63,242 nucleotides of DNA, filler included, from Rhabdomonas costata (GCA_019059605.1; 57 parts of 57 records of this genome joined end to end with filler, not necessarily neighbours in it), one strand, 5' to 3'. Positions 11,517-25,586 are shown, counted from the whole stretch's first letter. Translations and numbers: made by a program. Notes: generated by a model from the sequence alone, not told the origin.

Positions 11517-12390
11517 GTGTGCCTCTCGCCTTGGGATCACTGGCTTGCCAGTTTTTTGTACCATACTCTGCCTCCAATGTCTGCCTTGCTATCCCGCCAT
11601 TACCAGGAAAAGGGTGGAGCGAGCCTTGCTTTCAAGAGTGGTTTCTTTCGTGAACACAACGAAGTTCATTGGTGTGGAACCAGAACCTTCATTTCGATTC
11701 CTCTACCCCCCTCGTGGTCTCTTCGATCTAACGAGATGTTGCGGTGGAAGCAATTAAACGCCAACAAACGGACACAACTGTCCCTAAGTCAAAGAAGAAA
11801 ACATTATTTATGAGAGGTTTTGGGTTTGGGTTTGGGTTCAGCGAATTTTCTCTGGTTGTCAGGACAACCCGTTCCAAGCTGGAGTTCAATTGGCCCCCCC
11901 CGTAATTCACAAGGGCACAGCGATCGCCCCGCAAACCTTCTTTCCCATCAGAAGATGTTGCAAAGGGGGGTCAGGGAGTGACTCCCAGAGTGTCGGGATG
12001 TCTTCGCCCAAGATCTACGGTGCCACTGTTCGTCTAGAGGTCGTCACGTGCTTTTAGAAGCACATAGCGATCGATACTCTTTTGTGCAGGGCGGTCCCCA
12101 CGTACACGTACGGGGCGAGTCCCACACAACCNNNNNNNNNNNNNNNNNNNNNNNNNNNNNNNNNNNNNNNNNNNNTTAATTAATTAANNNNNNNNNNNNN
12201 NNNNNNNNNNNNNNNNNNNNNNNNNNNNNNNGGTTTGGGCGTCTTATTCCCCTTCGTGTACTCTACTTGACTTTCTCTACCCTGCTGGCGCCCACTTCTC
12301 TCAGATCTATTAGTGTCTGTGGAAACTGTAAATTCTCTGGGTTGCCAAACGAACCTACGGTGCCACTTTCGTTTCTGTTTTAGAATTCAG

Positions 12391-12621
12391 ACGGCGGTGT
12401 CCGAGCAGAGCCCCGACGAGGAGGGCCGCAAGGTGCAGGCCCAGCTCACCTTTGAGATTGGGCAGTGCATCAAGAAGGTGAGCAGCGCGGAGCTGGGTGC
12501 CGTGGCGGCGAAGGAGTTGCGGGCGATGCAGGGGCTGGTGTTCAAGCTCACCCTTGCGGCCAGCACAATGGCGCGACAAATCCTAGCCACGCCCCCCGAC
12601 CAGCTGAACTTCGGGTGGAAG
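12391..12621 (+). CDS. Internal exon, unknown helical protein (TAVSEQSPDEEGRKVQAQLTFEIG...NFGWK)
   Basis: TTCAG acceptor, GTCCG donor, very strong GC3 bias. Confidence 0.6.
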
Positions 12622-12854
12622 GTCCGTGTCATTTATACCAAAGACGGGAAGTGAGGTGCACTAAACCAAAAGAAATTGTGATTAGGGCTGGAAGGGAATG
12701 GTAATCGTAGCAAGAGAAATGAGTGAACATCAGCTCTTCCTGAATCAATTTCAATGATGCCTGCGTGTCGGTTGATTTCTGTTCGGAGCGGATAGTGTGC
12801 ATGTGTGTATGCCTCCTGGCGGGTGCCACCTTTCATATAACATGAGGATGGCAA

Positions 12855-13069
12855 AGAGCCATTTGTCTCTGCCCTCTTTTGCGGGAACCAGGTGGGTTTT
12901 TTGTACCTACGTTGTGGGTTCCGTCGATAAACTTCCGTTGCGTTGGAAGAGGCGGCACAAGATTCAAGAAAAATTAAGGAACGAGCCGCCAAGGGGCACG
13001 GGTGGGAACCGACCCGAGGGTGCAAGGACCGGCCACGCAGTGTTTCAGGATCCACTGTACAAAGTACAG
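12855..13069. repeat. Repeat family B copy 1, imperfect foldback element
   Basis: Homologous to 35601-35819; identical 25-mer GAGGGTGCAAGGACCGGCCACGCAG; nested inverted arms. Confidence 0.8.
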
Positions 13070-13343
13070 ACCCCAGGTTTTCTTCGGCTTTGCCCTCCAA
13101 CGAGCAACGATGTTCGTATTTGCTTCCCTGGTCTGTGTAGGGGCAACGTTTTGCACTTGTGGGATAACATTCACCCATCCCATTGACAATTTTTTCTTTA
13201 CCTCTGCTTCCCTCGCTGCTTTTTGATTTTTACCTAGGTGCTTNNNNNNNNNNNNNNNNNNNNNNNNNNNNNNNNNNNNNNNNNNNNTTAATTAATTAAN
13301 NNNNNNNNNNNNNNNNNNNNNNNNNNNNNNNNNNNNNNNNNNN

Positions 13344-14295
13344 GGGGCGGTGGGGTCGCTCGAGTGGAACACTGGATGCGCTCTACCTCTCAGCTCCTTC
13401 GGTATATCCAGAACAAAATTAGTGTCAGTAATATTCTTTACAATGGTAAACGGTCATACGGCTTTCGGGATCAGCATCCCTGGAGGATCTCCAAACCTTT
13501 CTCCGTAGTGCTTCCTCTTGCTAATCAGTACATCTTGTCCAACACCTAACTGGTAATTCGCTCTCTTCCGATTGGAGTACGCTGATGCTTTTAGCTTCTC
13601 TTTCTCAAATGCTGCTCTAACCTGCTTCCACGTAGCTTTCATATTATTTACCTGGTAACGCACGTGTTCCATTTTAGCTCCTGGCCCTGGCTTTGGGGTT
13701 TCCGGAACACACCAGAACACAGGGTGGTACCCATAGTTGAGCTAAAAAGGGCTGTACTCTGTGTTAGCAATTGGGGCTCTGTTTATCGCAATCTCGGTAA
13801 GCACCACCAAATCCATCCACGATGTACCTGTGTGCATCAACGTCCGAAATACTTGTTTCATCGTCTGATTGGTTCTCTTTGCCTGAACGTTCGTCTGAGG
13901 ATGGTACGGTGACGACATCCTCGACTGTTTATCCAGAAATGCCATTAGCTCTATCCAAAACAACGACATGAAGATCGGATCTCTATCACTCACAATGCTC
14001 CTCGGCAGCCCATGATATCTAACTACTTTCCACCAAACAACTCTGCTATATCGTAAGCATTCATCGTATTGTGGCATGGAATCAACACAACCATCTTGGC
14101 CTCTATATCCGCCACCGTCAAAATCTCATTTACCACTTGACCACCTCCATAGAACTTCCATGGCCCCTCTGTAATTTTAACTAAGTCCATGGAGATGGAC
14201 TCCAACTTGTTCACTGGCACCTCCAGCACTTGCGTGTGACCTCTCGGCAGATGATGATCCGCCTTGCAATGTTGAAATATATCAAGTCCGCACAT
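13344..14295 (-). mobile_element. Degenerate Ty3/Gypsy LTR-retrotransposon integrase
   Basis: ESISMD, HGLPRSIVSDRDPIF, SSPYHPQT, SPF*LNYGYHP and GPY/F-like region split over frames by a frameshift and stops. Confidence 0.93.
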
Positions 14296-14996
14296 ACACT
14301 TTCACCTTTCTCTTGATTTTATTAAACAAAAACAACCCTAAACACACTTAACACANNNNNNNNNNNNNNNNNNNNNNNNNNNNNNNNNNNNNNNNNNNNT
14401 TAATTAATTAANNNNNNNNNNNNNNNNNNNNNNNNNNNNNNNNNNNNNNNNNNNNTGTTGGTGGTAGCGCCCCATCCTCAGTGAGTACATCCACATCACT
14501 CCACCTTTCTTCTTCAATCTGTTGCCTGCCAGATTGGTTCGATCAGGAAACGAAATGCGGTCACAGTCCGCTACCATCAGATGAGCCAATGCTCAGAACC
14601 GTCTCAGCTCAGCTCAGGTGACGGCCGTCCGGCATCCGGCATTTTTTTAACTTTCCTTGGCATGCCTCCATTTTATTTTTCTGAAGTGGTGAATTTTCTG
14701 CAGTAGTGTGCGTCGAAGTAGCCTTGCTTACATTGGTCTCGGGTGGAGCCACTTTCAATCTGAACGACTTTTAGGTGCCACTGATGTGTGATTTTCGTTG
14801 TGTGTGCTGGATTTCCGATCGTTGACTCCCTCCTTTTAAGAAAACGGGTCATCATGTGCGTTTAGTGAAAGTCGCGCTTCCTCCCTCCCTGCTGTGCTTT
14901 TTCCCGCTATCGCCTCGAGGTGCAGTCCGGATTAGAGTTGCGATCATCATTTTTATCCTCAGGAAAGAGTCCACAGGCTTTTTTGGAATTTTTGCC

Positions 14997-15446
14997 ATGC
15001 GAGTGGCTCTACTGTTGTTGATATGGTTTGGCTTCTGCGGTGCAGTCCGCCTAAGAGGAGGTGTTGGAATCTCCGTTCCAGGCTGGGCTTCTGATTGCCT
15101 GCGTTTCCTTCCCCGAGGGTTTCAGGTCACCCAGGCCACCGAGGATGGCAGAGAGGTCAGCTTCGGCTCGCCAGGCGTCGATTTGGAGTTTGCCGTGGCC
15201 AAGCTGAGAAACGCGCCACGGGGAGCCCTGGCGATTTCGATTGCATGGCAGGGGCTGTGGGGAGAGCCCCCTGCGGTCACAATGCAGTACCCCTTGGCTG
15301 GCGACGGGGTGGACTTTTTCGACGGCCACCATGTCGTGTTCGCGATAGAGGGTGCGGGGCGGGCAGCGTGGGGAGAATCGAAAGTCCGCGGCAACCTTTC
15401 GTATGTCCTACTGGCCAAGGGGCTTGCATCGGAGGTCGGAGGAGAG
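14997..15446 (+). CDS. Probable first coding exon of a secreted/membrane protein (MRVALLLLIWFGFCGAVRL...)
   Basis: Signal-peptide-like N-terminus after upstream AG sites; GTGAG donor at 15447. Confidence 0.5.
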
Positions 15447-18400
15447 GTGAGAAAACACGAAATGGACNNNNNNNNNNNNNNNNNNNNNNNNNNNNNNNNN
15501 NNNNNNNNNNNTTAATTAATTAANNNNNNNNNNNNNNNNNNNNNNNNNNNNNNNNNNNNNNNNNNNNCCCTCGCACATTGCTTTTTGCGCCATGATTCGG
15601 GAGGGCCTTGTTTTTGTGACTCTCACTTTTGTTGCGTGTTTGCAGGCACCTTCGAGCAATTAAGGCAATCCCTTTTCAACGACACTATTGCGAACGTTCC
15701 CTGCTATCAGCTGGACGCTGCTGGGGGGCCGGTCTGCGAGGTATTTTTCCATTTCATGAAACCAGGAGCGTGCTTTTCCGCAGTTTGAGCTCTTTACCCG
15801 TTTCCGTTCCTTCCGGCTTCTCCTCTCTTTCTGTTTTGTGCATGTTGTTTGCTGTTTGCTGTGTGCACGTGGACCTTTCGCTGAACTGTGGTGTCTTGTG
15901 CCATTGTTTTGTATCCAGTGAAAATATTTCCTATGATAGATGATATGATATGATCCTTGTACGCTCCGCGCGAGCTCCCGCCCAAGTGGGTGGGGGTCCG
16001 TGCACTCTCATTACCGCCAGTGCGGGGCTGGACTACGCCCTGACCCCGCTGAAACCTGTGCTGGACTTAGTTCATGGGATCATCGGCTGCGTTGGTGCGT
16101 TTGAGGCGTTGTGTGGTGGCTTTGAACACATGCAGAAAGAATGTCTTTGTGGCCTTAGTCTCCCATGGGGCCGGGAGCTGTCTTCTTGTCAACGCAGTTC
16201 CACTTGCTTTTTGTTAGCGACCACAACAACCGGTTTAATTGTCCCCCTTCCCCAGATGTAGATTCGCTATAACTGCTTCCCAGGCAGAAGCAAGGCGAGA
16301 AAAGGGCATGGGCTGAGCTGAGAGAGCTTTGGTGGGAAATATGTTTAGCCTTTGTCTTTCCTGCAGAATACAAAATCAAGAAAATTGGCCCGAGCTAGGT
16401 TTTTATGCTTGAAATGCATTTCCTTTGTCCCCCCCCCCCATTTTTTTCATGTTGGGACTCGAGAGGTGATCTAAATCGGGTCTGGGGTCTTTTGTGTGTA
16501 CAGCAGGTGTCCCGAAACGCTGCGTAGCGGGACACCTGCTGTACACACAAAAGACCCCAGACCCGATTTAGATCACCACNNNNNNNNNNNNNNNNNNNNN
16601 NNNNNNNNNNNNNNNNNNNNNNNTTAATTAATTAANNNNNNNNNNNNNNNNNNNNNNNNNNNNNNNNNNNNNNNNNNNNGCCTTTGCCCGCTTTTGAATC
16701 GAACCTACATCCACGGCACATATTCTCCGCTTTTTTCTTCACATTTTCTCTGTATGACCATTTGACCTCCACGCATTCTTCACCAAGTGCTTTCGTCGCC
16801 AGTGTAAATTATTGCAGTGCCTTTTCCCCGGACCCTGAACAACCTGTGCGCTACTGCCGTGACTCGTACCCCCCCCCCTGATTGCTTCTGTGCTTTTTTT
16901 TCGCTGTTTTTCTGAGAGTCTGCGTTTCTCCCATGGGTGTGCGTATGCAGGCTGTTCAGTGCTTGCGGGTCTCCAGGCTCCCTCTTTTCCCCATTCTGTC
17001 GACGCCCCACCCATGTCAGCGGGCTTTACTCCTCCAATAAATGGTGCTGCAGCTCTCCCAAGGCTTGCGATATTTGGTGGCTGGAATCTTTCTTTTCCTT
17101 TTCGTTGCCATGGCGATTTTGCGGGGACTGCCTTCGCCAAATGCCCCGGCTGCTGAGATCCGACCCCCAGGTTTGCGTCTTCGTAAGCGCCCAAAAGAAG
17201 CGAATTTATTCATTCGGAAAGCATTGTCGTGAATGCTGGTATTTCGGAATGTTCTTGGAGTTCTGGACAGTTCTGGAGTGGGTGTGCGGGAACTGGGCCC
17301 CCACGGGGGGTGTTGCTTTCGGTTCACCTCCCTCGCTCCTTTAGTCTCCCTCGCCTTCTCTTTTTTTTTTCCAATTGGAGACAGACAGATTTCGGGGTTG
17401 CAGTGAGAAGGCAAGACGGGATTGTCAACTCGCAGAAACGCAGAAACAAGAAATACCAAAGCATAACTTCAACGTCAACCCGCGACGCAGATATGAGGTT
17501 TCGATTTCTATTGTACAAGCAACTACGGGGGGAGAGGAGAGTAAGGGACAACAGAAGGAAACACGATCACTTTGCTGGTGACGCCACACGTGAGAAGCAC
17601 TTTCTCACTACGCACCAACAGCCGCAACACCCCCCGTGGGGGCCCAGTTCCCGCACACCCACTCCAGAACTGTCCAGAACTCCAACAAACANNNNNNNNN
17701 NNNNNNNNNNNNNNNNNNNNNNNNNNNNNNNNNNNTTAATTAATTAANNNNNNNNNNNNNNNNNNNNNNNNNNNNNNNNNNNNNNNNNNNNGGGTTGTGG
17801 GGTTCTCGCGCAGAACTCCGTCGAGCAAGGCCAGCGCCTGTCCCGATGGAGATACCGCGGAAAGAGAGAGAATGTTCCAAGTCTGCGGCACTTGAAGAGG
17901 GAGGGGGGAGTGTTAAACGCAATGATGATACGGTGTTACGTCGTTACGAGGCAACGAGTGAAACCAATATTGAGCGTTTCGTCACCCCAGCTCCCAAACT
18001 TAGAATGCATTTTCGTCAATTTTTGAGGCAGGGTCCTACTCCACATACCAGGCAACGTCTCCACCTCAGCCCCCCGATGCAATGACCCGAATTCACGCCA
18101 AAATTAACCTGTCCCACTATTCGACAATGACCCACGAACACTATCAGCAAGTAAAAACCAAAACCAAGACCAAGAAATGGGACAAAACCAAGTACCGTTT
18201 AACACCGTTACCCATTGTTAGCCCCACTGTAGAAAAACGATAGTTGTCTGCAGTTCCTGGCCGCGGTGTCATTTGTATATTTGTCCGAAGGTGGGGTGGC
18301 TCAGTATCCAGTCCTTTACTAATCTGAAAGTGGAATCCACAAAATGGAGGAACAAATTACCACAATCAGAATACAAACGGGTAGATTTGCGGCACCTTAC

Positions 18401-18660
18401 CAACGAACAATGGCCCTTGAACAGTCCGCCCCTCCTCCTCCTCCTCTTTGCCGAAGCTATGCAAAGACATTTACCAAAAAAGAGAAAGGAAGACGTTCCC
18501 GATCAACGAGCTGGTCACCGAGCTGACTTTCATTCACCCTGGGTCTTCCTATCGCGTGAAAAAACGAAACGGGCAACTAATCCGTTCATGGCTAAGAATG
18601 CGTGCTGAGGCTGGGTGTCTTCTAGAAGGGCTGGAATTCCAAGAACCTGGGCCCGGATAC

Positions 18661-18803
18661 CTTCTCTGACATGCCCTGCAGAGCTAAGGAGAAGGCCCGC
18701 TCATACGCCGAAGGCTCGCCCTCCTCCTGCTTCAAGGTGTACATCCACTCATCGTCCTGGGCCTTGGCCTTCGAGCCCAGCAGATGGTACACCACCCCAC
18801 CAC
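18661..18803 (-). CDS. Exon fragment, unknown protein (VVYHLLGSKAKAQDDEWMYTLKQ...)
   Basis: GC3-rich frame ending at GTATC donor. Confidence 0.45.
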
Positions 18804-20196
18804 NNNNNNNNNNNNNNNNNNNNNNNNNNNNNNNNNNNNNNNNNNNNTTAATTAATTAANNNNNNNNNNNNNNNNNNNNNNNNNNNNNNNNNNNNNNNNN
18901 NNNGTGTTGGTGTGTTTGGTGGGTGTGTTGGGCCGCGAGGGGCGCCGGGGGCCTGAGATCCTAGAATGCACAAACGCGGACACTTCGCCAGTTATGCGAA
19001 CGATCCGTATCGTGCACAGGGTCCCTGTCCCTTCTCCTCAGTGATGAAGCAGTTCACCTTTTTCTGCTGAATGCGGGGTGCAGGATCAAATTCCGCCCCT
19101 TGTCCGCGAGTAACTGGGCGCATGCCCTGGAACCAAAGGTTATTATGATGTATGGGATATTAGGATATGTTTTGTCACCTGTGGCAACGCCAAATAAACC
19201 GTGCTCTCGAACCAGCCTCGTGACCGCAACTCACTGCTCACACCGGACGTGCGCATTCGCTTTCAGCGGGGCTCCGCCACCGACGTTGTACAACGCCGCG
19301 GGTTTCCCCTTCGCTCCCCAACAGGGGCTCAGGTGGAGTGCCACCAATTTAGCACCCCCCCCCGGGTTTGTGTTGTTGAATGCTGGGCATTGCTGAACAC
19401 AATCGGCCGGATTGGCATTATGTTCATCATTGAAAAGGGGCAGTCCTACGTTTTCTTTTGCGGGGTAACATTCGTTGACTTGCGTTGGGATTCAGGGGTC
19501 TTAGCTTTGTGCGCTGCCTGTGCGGCGAGTTGTATTTCTGCTTTCCACCTTTGACCTTTTGGAACCGTTTCCGAATCTCTGTCGAAATCCACATCAGTGA
19601 ACCCGAAAAGAAGCGGTTGTTGTGCCCTTCTTCCTCCTTTGTTCCCTTCTTCTTTTAGACCCCCAGGAGCAGGGGCAGAGGCGATCTATGGACAGCCACC
19701 ACGCCCCGGCGCCTGGCCTTAGGCAAGCGGTATGCTCCTGATTTGGGTCTTCTATTTCGGGGTAGGGTCCGTTGAACGTGTGCTACTAATTAAAGCGAAA
19801 AAAATCTCTCAGGGGAGCATAAAAGATCACTAAAAGGCAAGCAGACTCTTTTGCAATTCCTCCAGCTATACTCTAACTTGGGATTTCGCTCCTTTAATTG
19901 CACCCCCCCCCAACNNNNNNNNNNNNNNNNNNNNNNNNNNNNNNNNNNNNNNNNNNNNTTAATTAATTAANNNNNNNNNNNNNNNNNNNNNNNNNNNNNN
20001 NNNNNNNNNNNNNNGTGTATGTGGGTAACCGAAAACAGTCCACTGTTTGCGGTTACCCACGTCAAAACAAATCAAGCATAGCCCTTCTTTCATTCGCTCA
20101 CCGTGGAGCTTTTTGGGTTTCGTGAGAAACCTTCCCCTTCATGTGACCAGGGAGGGGAGCTTGGTGTGTGAGTGTGGCTAGGTGTGAGGAGGACAC

Positions 20197-20642
20197 CTCG
20201 TCGACAATCGCGAAGCTACGGTCCTCGTGGCCTGAAGCGTCCGAGAATGGTGGGCGGTCTCCGGGGAACATCCGAATCCCCCACCCCGAGAGCGGCAGCC
20301 AGCGCTGGTTCTCGTAAACCTGCCGTTGTGCGACCCAACCCGCGAAGGAGAAAACGAAGCAGAGCGATAGGCCTGATCTGCAGTCACAGCTAAGCCAAGA
20401 AAGATTAGTTGCCAGGGCAAGAGTTCTCGTGCACTCTCTATTTCTTTTTCTTTCACATTGAACACCAAAACGTGACAGTGAGTTGGCGATGATGCAATGA
20501 AGGTGAAGGCCCTGAGTCACGCCATACCTCAATCAGCCGAGCGGCTTTCGCAGCGGCGGTCGCGGCCGCCGTGACGGCGGCTTCGTTGGCGCAGGCCCAC
20601 TGGAACAGCAGTTGCAGGGCGTCCTCCTCGGCCTGCAGCAGG
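20197..20642 (-). CDS. DysF (dysferlin/TECPR1/Pex24-type) domain protein with upstream BACK-like segment; exons 20642-20528, 20319-20197
   Basis: Spliced IE|VYENQRWLPLSGWG...DRPPFSDASG is the DysF-N signature; upstream AEEDALQLLFQW. Confidence 0.75.
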
Positions 20643-21273
20643 CTACAGCGGGACAGGGCCTCCGCCTCACTGAGCAGCGTAAAAGTCAGGGCTACCAGGG
20701 CGCCCGACCTTCCACTCTGAGAACGAGGCCAAGTCAAAGGAAACGATGCCCCCCGCGTCCAACCGCACTCACCCAAAAAATGGAAGACAATCCGACAGGC
20801 AGAAGGCGAGAAAAAAGGTCACCCGTTGCACAAAATTGCACTGTCTTTCACGCAAACATATTCACAGTAATTTCACTGATTTTAGCAGCGCAAGGCAACA
20901 CGCAATTATTCACGGATGCAAGAAGTAGACAAGGAAGACCACCGGTACAAAACACTGTCTTTTCACAAAATAAACTTCTCAAAAATTGCAGGTTTGAGCT
21001 TGAAAATGAGTTTGCCCCCACCACCNNNNNNNNNNNNNNNNNNNNNNNNNNNNNNNNNNNNNNNNNNNNTTAATTAATTAANNNNNNNNNNNNNNNNNNN
21101 NNNNNNNNNNNNNNNNNNNNNNNNNAGGCTCCACATCCCACAGAAAACTCATCTTGGCCAACGCATTCAGCTATTCCTTGAATCCACTCGCATCACAGAG
21201 AAGTGACAGAGAAGAATAGGGAGAAAGAAATCAGAACGTGCGGGTGCACACACGCGCATTGGCAGACACGCAC

Positions 21274-21797
21274 CGGTCATGCGGACCGTGGGGTTGCCAC
21301 TTTGAGTGGGATTCCACAGGAACATCGTGTTATCATCAGAGCAGCTCACCAGGCGCTCCCCTTTGCAGTCCGAGATGACCTTCTCGTACCGTTGCCTCGC
21401 ATATGCTTGGGCTATTGTTGACAGAACAGGACTTCGTTTTTCCAACACAGAAAAATCAACCACCAAACCAAACCAAACGTCAATGGAACGCGCTGGGATG
21501 TGGGAGGACGAAAAAAGCACACAAGATTTCGGACTGATCTCGCTACGGCTTCTGCTGCTTTAGCCTAATGCCTCCAAAACACTGAGTAATGCAGTATGAT
21601 GGACGAGAGACTAGCTTTTAAACCAAACTTTAGCCTTTGTGAAGCGCCGTATCAAGATTTTGCATCATACCTTCTTCTGGACTCGAGAACTTCTTCTCCG
21701 TGTGGTCAAACGCACCCGTGCGAAGGACGATGTCGGTATTAAGGGCCATGTAGTTGACCCAGTGGCCATGGCCCTGAAGTCGCCGCACCATCGTGCC
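21274..21797 (-). CDS. NLE1: Notchless/Rsa4 WD40 ribosome-assembly protein, exons 21797-21671 and 21411-21274
   Basis: LQGHGHWVNYMALNTDIVLRTGAFDH and ERLVSCSDDNTMFLWNP...RMTG are diagnostic; GT-AG intron in phase 1. Confidence 0.93.
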
Positions 21798-22291
21798 CTG
21801 TGACAACCCCCCCCTCTCCTCCTGTAAACAACTCACCGCATCTCATGTCTATTATCCGGAGAAATAGCGCATAAAAAACCACCCAGGCCCACAATTCACC
21901 GAGGCTTCCCCGCTTCCCGACCATATTCTTCCCTGCTTCACGTGACGTGACAGAAGTTGCTATAACGTATGGACCAAAAGGTTTAGACCAAAAGGTTTGA
22001 ACCAAAAGGTTTTCAGAAGCCACATAGTGTCTACACAACCCCACCTTATTCAGATTCACAAGCAGGCAAACTGGTCTTGCTAATTGTCTGTGGGCCGAGA
22101 GCACCTACACACCTGGTCGCCATCCCCAACACCACCNNNNNNNNNNNNNNNNNNNNNNNNNNNNNNNNNNNNNNNNNNNNTTAATTAATTAANNNNNNNN
22201 NNNNNNNNNNNNNNNNNNNNNNNNNNNNNNNNNNNNGGGTTTGGGGTAACTGCGCCGTGGACATCACCTGTCTGCATGCCCTGAATCTCTA

Positions 22292-22579
22292 GGGCCAACG
22301 GGGCTTTTGCTGTCCCCACGGTGGAGTTGGCTGAGCAGGCCAAGGACACTGTGCGAGCAGGCGTCCTGTGGCGCGAAGGGGCTGGCCTTCTTCACCGCCA
22401 AACCCCGCGGGGGACCCGGGTTGCTGCAGAAGCCGAGGCAGCCCCAGAAGGAGTGTTGGGAGCGGCTGCTGGTGGCGCACCACCGGGCTATCGGCAACCA
22501 GCTCTTCCGGGGGCTGCAGCACCAGTTGGACTGCACGGCAGAGGGCCTTCGGATCTCTTCGCGGAGTCCTAAGAAGCAA
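22292..22579 (+). CDS. Probable exon, unknown protein (...KECWERLLVAHHRAIGNQLFRG...)
   Basis: GC-rich coding-like block with AG/GT borders; strand and frame uncertain. Confidence 0.35.
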
Positions 22580-25500
22580 GTGCCCCCGCTAACCAACCGC
22601 AGCGTGAACTCTGAGGAAAGTGATTGGGTGTGGGTAAAGAAGGCAGAGGGTGACCGACACAGCGTTTAACCCGAACCAGCTACGACCGCGAACCTCACCC
22701 ACACGCCTGTAACCCTCCTGGCGCGGAGGGACGTAGCACGCATGCGCACATCATTCCTCCAAACCTCCCTGTGTTGGTCGGTCTACCGGCCCCCTGCTAG
22801 AATTGTAAATAGTGCCCGTTGTTTGTCCGCTTTTGCCTGTTGGCTGTATAATAACTCTCCCCAGAAGGGGCGATGGCCTAGAAAGGAACAATAGCAGGTT
22901 CAAGTGGGCATTGGAGAGTACAGAGACCGTCGGGAAAGCCATCCAAACTTCTCGGTTTTTTTAAACAGGCATACCCGCACAAAACTGGGCAGTGCCACAA
23001 CAACACACAAACACATAGGTGCCTGCAAATTTTGTCCCCTGTTCTTCTTTCCGCGTTCACTTGTTCCCCTTACCCCCTTTTGGATCACACTGTTCTCCTC
23101 TCCTCGTCTTCACAGCTAACTCTAAGATCACTGGACCACAAGAAGAACTTATCAAAATTTAAAAACAAAAAAATATTCAACCTCTTCGTAACCATGCGCT
23201 GCTCCATTCTTCCGGTTTTAAAAGATAGGTCAGTCAAACACCCAACANNNNNNNNNNNNNNNNNNNNNNNNNNNNNNNNNNNNNNNNNNNNTTAATTAAT
23301 TAANNNNNNNNNNNNNNNNNNNNNNNNNNNNNNNNNNNNNNNNNNNNTTGGTGCACACTTTTGTGAGTTGTGGCTTTGTGGCAATATTGGATATTTTGGA
23401 CCATATTGGCGTGTTCTCAGTAGCAACAAGCTCGATTGAAGTAAGCGTGCCCCTGCGCAGGCCGGAACCCTTCTCCCAAACATACGTTGGTTCTTTCGGG
23501 GGTTTGGTTGCAATCGGAGCACTTCCCTCGGGGCCTTTTATCCATTTTCAAATATCGCGCATTGTGTCAGCAATATTTCCTCTCATCCCCACGTATTTCC
23601 TTTCTCTTCCACATAAGCTATCATAAGCTATCAAATAAGCTATAAGAGGTCAAAAGGGAGCGCGCGCGTGGGAGCGATGCACCGCCCGTTTCACTTCCAA
23701 AGTGAGAGGAGGAAAACGTTTCCAAACAAGAAAAGGGGACATTGCGGACCTACGGAGGGGAATTATTCACCAATGGTCTGAATAAAGTACGCATGTGGCT
23801 GTTTTTTTTTAATTGCGCGGGTGAACTGGATGCCGTTTTATGCCTCCAAAACACCTGTGCTACAGAGAGAGATTTTGCTGATAGTGAATGTTGCTGATGG
23901 TGGTTGCTTTTCAGGCCGATCATTCCGATGCACACATTTTCCACACAGTTTTGACTGCTTTTTTATTATTGGTGCAGAAATTTCGCTTATTAAGCGCGCC
24001 ATACCATACATTCAAAGAAAATTCGAGTGAAATCCCGGTACATACAGCGGTGTGCACGTGAACGCAGGGACCATCATGACGTATTTTCCTTCCATGCACA
24101 GCAAGTGGGCTGCTTGTCTTGGAGAAAGGGCCAACAACCGGAACAGGGCGAGGTGTTTCCATTCGGTTACCTCCCATGGCTTCAGGTTGCTCCTTTCCTC
24201 GTTTGTTTTTTTCCCATATTTTTATTTGTGCTGCACATACCCTTCTCCAACTCCAAAATGCAACATTCCACGGTGTCCCCGCACACGGGAAGGTACACCA
24301 AGCGCCGCCCGCCCCCTTTGACCCTTGCCCAGCTCCAGCGATCGTCCCCAACCCCACNNNNNNNNNNNNNNNNNNNNNNNNNNNNNNNNNNNNNNNNNNN
24401 NTTAATTAATTAANNNNNNNNNNNNNNNNNNNNNNNNNNNNNNNNNNNNNNNNNNNNTTTGCGGGGTTGTCCAACACAGGATATTTACAAAACCACCTCA
24501 CCATGTCCTCCTCCTGTTTCTCACGCCTCTTATCGTGTCTCGACCTTGGCACTGACTGATAATCTTCATCCAACACACTCCTATGCGACGGGGCCGTCCC
24601 CTCAGTCTCGTCATCTCCATTTGCATTAACATCAATCATCACCTCTCTCTCTTCTGATGCCAACACTGTTGGCTGACCGCTCGTGACCTCACGTGATGGA
24701 AACCACCATCACAGCAGAAGGCTCCAGGGACGTCTCCAGATGACCTGATGGTACGCGGCAGATGTGATGATGGATGATGCCACCGTACCAGAGGCCATTG
24801 GTGCATGCTTTGATCCTCCACTTCGCTCTGTGAGGGATTGTGTCAAAATGATGCTGTGTTGAGGGGTTGATGAGTGACACAGCGGCACTCTCACGCAAGG
24901 CATGCCTTAGGCAAACACCCACCCACCTTACGGATTCCAACCGCCATGACGCAGGGGTGAAGGGAAGATGCCTATTCCTAACGCCATCCTACATCCGGTG
25001 GTCAAAGAAACCACAGATGAACCCAATGTGGTATTCCTGCTGTTGCCTCCGCAAAAATCCTTTGCAATCTCCGCCCCTTTGTCTCTTTAGCCTGTGAAAT
25101 CTCTGAAAAACACTGCTGTGGCAATCTTTCTATGAAAAACTCCCAAAACTAACCAGACTGTATCAATGAAGTCGAATAGTTTCTCGGTTTTTGTGTTACG
25201 AAATGGGAAACTTGGAGCCTTGGAACCTGACTGGCTCCGTTGGGGTTTGGCTGCCTCCACCAGCGCCATAGATCAACCAGGCGATGGTGACATGCCCACG
25301 CCTTGAACATTTGCGGTCATTTGGGTCAAGCAAGTTGCGGAAAGCGGTATAACGACCTGGACTTCGTTTGTGCCTCCGACTACCCCCGAAGGTGGGGAGG
25401 AGAAAGGTTCACCGAAAAATAATTACACCCACTAATGCTAATTAATCGCTAATTTCATTCACAACACCCNNNNNNNNNNNNNNNNNNNNNNNNNNNNNNN

Positions 25501-25586
25501 NNNNNNNNNNNNNTTAATTAATTAANNNNNNNNNNNNNNNNNNNNNNNNNNNNNNNNNNNNNNNNNNNNGGGTTTGGTGGAGGCTT

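Noticed and set aside
15647-16094. Two coding-like blocks whose phases do not join, suggesting a non-canonical intron
   Set aside because: A 16-nt micro-exon at 15784-15799 with GT-AG borders restores the frame; no end-pairing stem seen.
16465-16577. Perfect 50-bp inverted repeat with 13-nt loop
   Set aside because: 100% identical arms ending at the contig end in primer-like bases; typical amplification foldback chimera.
17255-17685. Perfect 62-bp inverted repeat (17255-17316 / 17624-17685) resembling TIRs
   Set aside because: Second arm is terminal and mismatch-free, followed by C/A primer bases; most likely template switching.
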